A stretch of 64,000 bases of DNA from a virus (taxonomy: Duplodnaviria > Caudoviricetes), in the IMG/VR virus record IMGVR_UViG_3300035184_000978, positions 1,269 through 65,268 of that record; one strand, 5' to 3'. A model generated the notes under the pieces. The model was not told the origin of the DNA, did no database searches, and saw only the letters and a program-made list of their open reading frames with translations. Of the stretch, positions 62,106 to 64,000 are shown in pieces (position 1 is the first letter of the stretch; each line of letters opens with the position of its first letter). The translations under genes and the position numbers were made by a program.

Positions 62106-62179
62106 TCAGAGAGGTAGGATTCGAACCTACGACCACTCGCGTCCAAGGCGAGTACGCTACCAGACTGCGCTACTCTCTG
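62106..62179 (-). tRNA. tRNA-Pro(TGG)
   Basis: CAGAGAG/CTCTCTG-A; CT-TGG-AC. Confidence 0.9.
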
Positions 62180-62186
62180 TATTCTT

Positions 62187-62262
62187 TGGTGGCCCAGCCT
62201 AGATTCGAACTAGGAATAAACGATTATGAGTCGCATGTGTTAACCAATTACACCACCGGGCC
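62187..62262 (-). tRNA. tRNA(CAT), probably Ile2
   Basis: GGCCC acceptor and GCGA-CTCATAA-TCG resemble bacterial Ile2; ACCA. Confidence 0.8.
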
Positions 62263-62317
62263 ATCATTACTCTTTGGTACCAGTTACTAAACTAAACTAA
62301 ACTGGTACATTTAAATT

Positions 62318-62392
62318 TGGCGGGAATGAAGGGTTACGATCCCTCTTCTCTGACGTGACAGGCCAGCATAATAACCAGTATACTACACTCCC
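62318..62392 (-). tRNA. tRNA-Asp(GTC)
   Basis: GGGAGTG/CATTCCC-GCCA; CT-GTC-AC. Confidence 0.88.
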
Positions 62393-62486
62393 AAATTTTT
62401 AATTTCTTTCCTTATTTGATTTGATAAGACTATTATATCATGCCTTAAATCAAATGTCAACCTTTATTTTAATTAATTTTGACAAT

Positions 62487-62518
62487 AAAAAAGGTTTAAC
62501 CTTTCGATTAAACCTTTT
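62487..62518 (-). terminator. Intrinsic terminator of the putative attenuator
   Basis: AAAAGGTTTAATC-GAAA-GGTTAAACCTTTTTT. Confidence 0.85.
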
Positions 62519-62545
62519 ATGAAAATGCTTTTATTTACATTATGT

Positions 62546-62677
62546 TCACAAAGGGTTTAACCATTTTGTTTCCGCCGGAAGTACTATAAAATTACTATCT
62601 ACACTAGACCACGACATATTACTAAAGGCAGATCCCGTAGTCTGTGTGCTGTGTGTATGTTGATATCGTAAAGTCAT
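62546..62677 (-). CDS. 43-aa putative attenuator leader peptide MTLRYQHTHSTQTTGSAFSNMSWSSVDSNFIVLPAETKWLNPL
   Basis: Late promoter at 62704-62711; RBS AAAGGA 7 nt before ATG; 3' end overlaps the antiterminator arm. Confidence 0.7.
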   Translation of the reverse strand: MTLRYQHTHSTQTTGSAFSNMSWSSVDSNFIVLPAETKWLNPL

Positions 62678-62761
62678 TCGTATTTCCTTTGTAATTATAC
62701 TTTTATTTATAACGAGAATTTGTAAAACTCGAAATTATTTTCATTTATTTTCATTGTTTAA

Positions 62762-62877
62762 AATATAATTTGAAGATGTGGAATCGAACCACCAATCATC
62801 CAGAGTTAAAAGGAATCGAACCTTACATTTACATCTCAACTAGTTGAGACGGCTTTCCAAGCTCTTCAAATTATATT
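62762..62877 (-). ncRNA. Structured RNA with two tRNA T-arm-like hairpins
   Basis: 15-bp closing stem; AAGG-TTCGATT-CCTT and GTGG-TTCGATT-CCAC. Confidence 0.6.
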
Positions 62878-62878
62878 A

Positions 62879-62982
62879 TGGTCGGAGTCCTCGTGCAAAA
62901 GGTAGAAACGATCAACTCCTATTCGATAAACGTTATCCTAAATTAAAAGTGAAGGTGCACTAACGTTTATCAAAACTCCGAC
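62879..62982 (-). ncRNA. CCA-ended four-way-junction RNA
   Basis: GTCGGAGT/ACTCCGAC-CA; 14-bp arm; two small hairpins. Confidence 0.6.
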
Positions 62983-63352
62983 ATAATATAACTCATGTCT
63001 ACTTATAAAGAATATGGCGGCCAAATTTTAATTAAACTTTATCAATTTATGAGACTATTATACTACAATACTGAATAAATGTCAACAAATTAAAATAAGA
63101 TGTACAAATGTTTATCAAAACTCAGACACAAGTTATATTGTGTATACTTACTTTTAGTTTAAATTTCGAGTAATAGAGTACAGTTTTTTACTAACACGAC
63201 GTAGTCCAAATCGTCCACGCTTACTGTTAAGCTTCGGAGTATAACGAGTCCACTTTATTGTTAGCCTGTCTATATGATCATACCTCGAATAATTGAAGCT
63301 ATGCAGCCCAATTGGAGTGACTTCAGCAATGTGATCATTAATTTGAACTTCA

Positions 63353-63868
63353 TTAACTATTTTCATTATTATGATCCTTCGTTGTTTTTGCTTGAGTGCG
63401 CAACTCGTTAGCTTCTTCTATCAATAGAAATGACATTAATGATTTTGAGCCACATTTATCAACATATTTATACATGTCTTCTAGCCCCTTGGCTTGATGT
63501 TCTAGCTCGTGTATTTTGAACTCATCTTGAAACAAGCGCTGACAGTGATCAAAGGTCAAAACATTTGAGTTATTAAATTCATTTTCAAAACAACCTTCTC
63601 TTTTGTAAGATTCTATTATATCTTTCAGCTCTACAATACGTTTAATATCAGCTTGATGTTTTAAGTCACGTGAATGCATTAACCTCTCTAGTTCATAGAA
63701 CTTACTTTCCCAACCTTTTAAATCATTTATTTCAAGATGCAGCTTTTTACATACTTCAAATGCCACGCTCATCGATGCGCTATTTAAAACATCACGATCT
63801 TTCTCAAACTTTACAATAAGTTCTCTGTCTTGATCAGACTCTGGTGTTGTTGTGCTATTTACGTTCAT
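63353..63868 (-). CDS. Coiled-coil hypothetical protein
   Basis: RBS GGGGA; shares ELE.QAKG motif with 53056..53295. Confidence 0.6.
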   Translation of the reverse strand: MNVNSTTTPESDQDRELIVKFEKDRDVLNSASMSVAFEVCKKLHLEINDLKGWESKFYELERLMHSRDLKHQADIKRIVELKDIIESYKREGCFENEFNNSNVLTFDHCQRLFQDEFKIHELEHQAKGLEDMYKYVDKCGSKSLMSFLLIEEANELRTQAKTTKDHNNENS

Positions 63869-64000
63869 AATATTTTCCCCATTGAAGTAGCTAAAATAAC
63901 AAGGCTAAGTTAAGTGCCTTTCTTTTTTCGTATCTAGATTGTGCATTGCCGGGCAACATCATTTTTGGAAACAGCTTTTCATCCATTTCATAAGCTGCTG

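Larger units (their letters stand above)
2075..62711. promoter_or_regulatory. T4-type late promoters TATAAATA
   Basis: + strand at 2075, 4350, 5655, 9275, 11171, 13709, 15951, 16659, 17620, 19572; - strand at 22406, 31045, 45575, 58412, 59392, 61112, 62704. Each lies just upstream of a gene start. Confidence 0.88.
19960..63085 (-). promoter_or_regulatory. About 28 repeated sigma70-type early promoter/leader/RBS cassettes
   Basis: Consensus TTGACATTT-N-TATAATAGTCTCATAAATTGATAAAGGAATTAAATTATG. -35 boxes near 20035, 20376, 23998, 24603, 27816, 29405, 29555, 32725, 33776, 34758, 36853, 38004, 38409, 39399, 40914, 41819, 46896, 49576, 51031, 53948, 54295, 55799, 57653, 58789, 61810, 62455, 63080. 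Confidence 0.9.

Noticed and set aside
60363-62290. + strand ORFs 60363, 60801, 61338, 61809, 62087
   Set aside because: Antisense shadows of tRNA genes or CDS; no RBS.
58800-62400. HDV-like (theta) ribozymes after tRNAs
   Set aside because: tRNA 3' ends are followed by short A/T spacers; no nested double-pseudoknot pattern could be found by eye.
19960-63085. Dispersed repeats as a CRISPR array or integron attC sites
   Set aside because: Spaced by whole genes, contain -35/-10/RBS/ATG, and no cas or integrase gene is present.

Overview
AT-rich segment of a large T4-like (myovirus) phage genome; the host cannot be determined from the sequence. Positions 1-19 kb (+ strand) hold the late virion module: tail fibre end, gp13-gp23, and T4-type TATAAATA late promoters. 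The large terminase gp17 is fractured by an atypically split intein with a free-standing GIY-YIG endonuclease between the halves. Positions 19-64 kb (almost all - strand) form an accessory region built from about 28 repeated sigma70 promoter/leader/RBS cassettes. It carries RNA-repair enzymes (Pnk, two RNA ligases), DNA ligase, a NARP1-like NAD+ reconstitution pair, an HD hydrolase, two late adhesin-like inserts, and candidate capsid-targeted internal proteins. A tRNA cluster at the far end is interleaved with many non-canonical tRNA-like and structured RNAs. The most striking unexplained signal is a 43-codon leader ORF (19 of 20 amino acids) with mutually exclusive antiterminator/terminator hairpins directly upstream of the tRNA cluster, a candidate translation-sensing attenuator for phage tRNA expression. 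All calls are by-eye motif recognition and hand pairing; no searches or folding were run.
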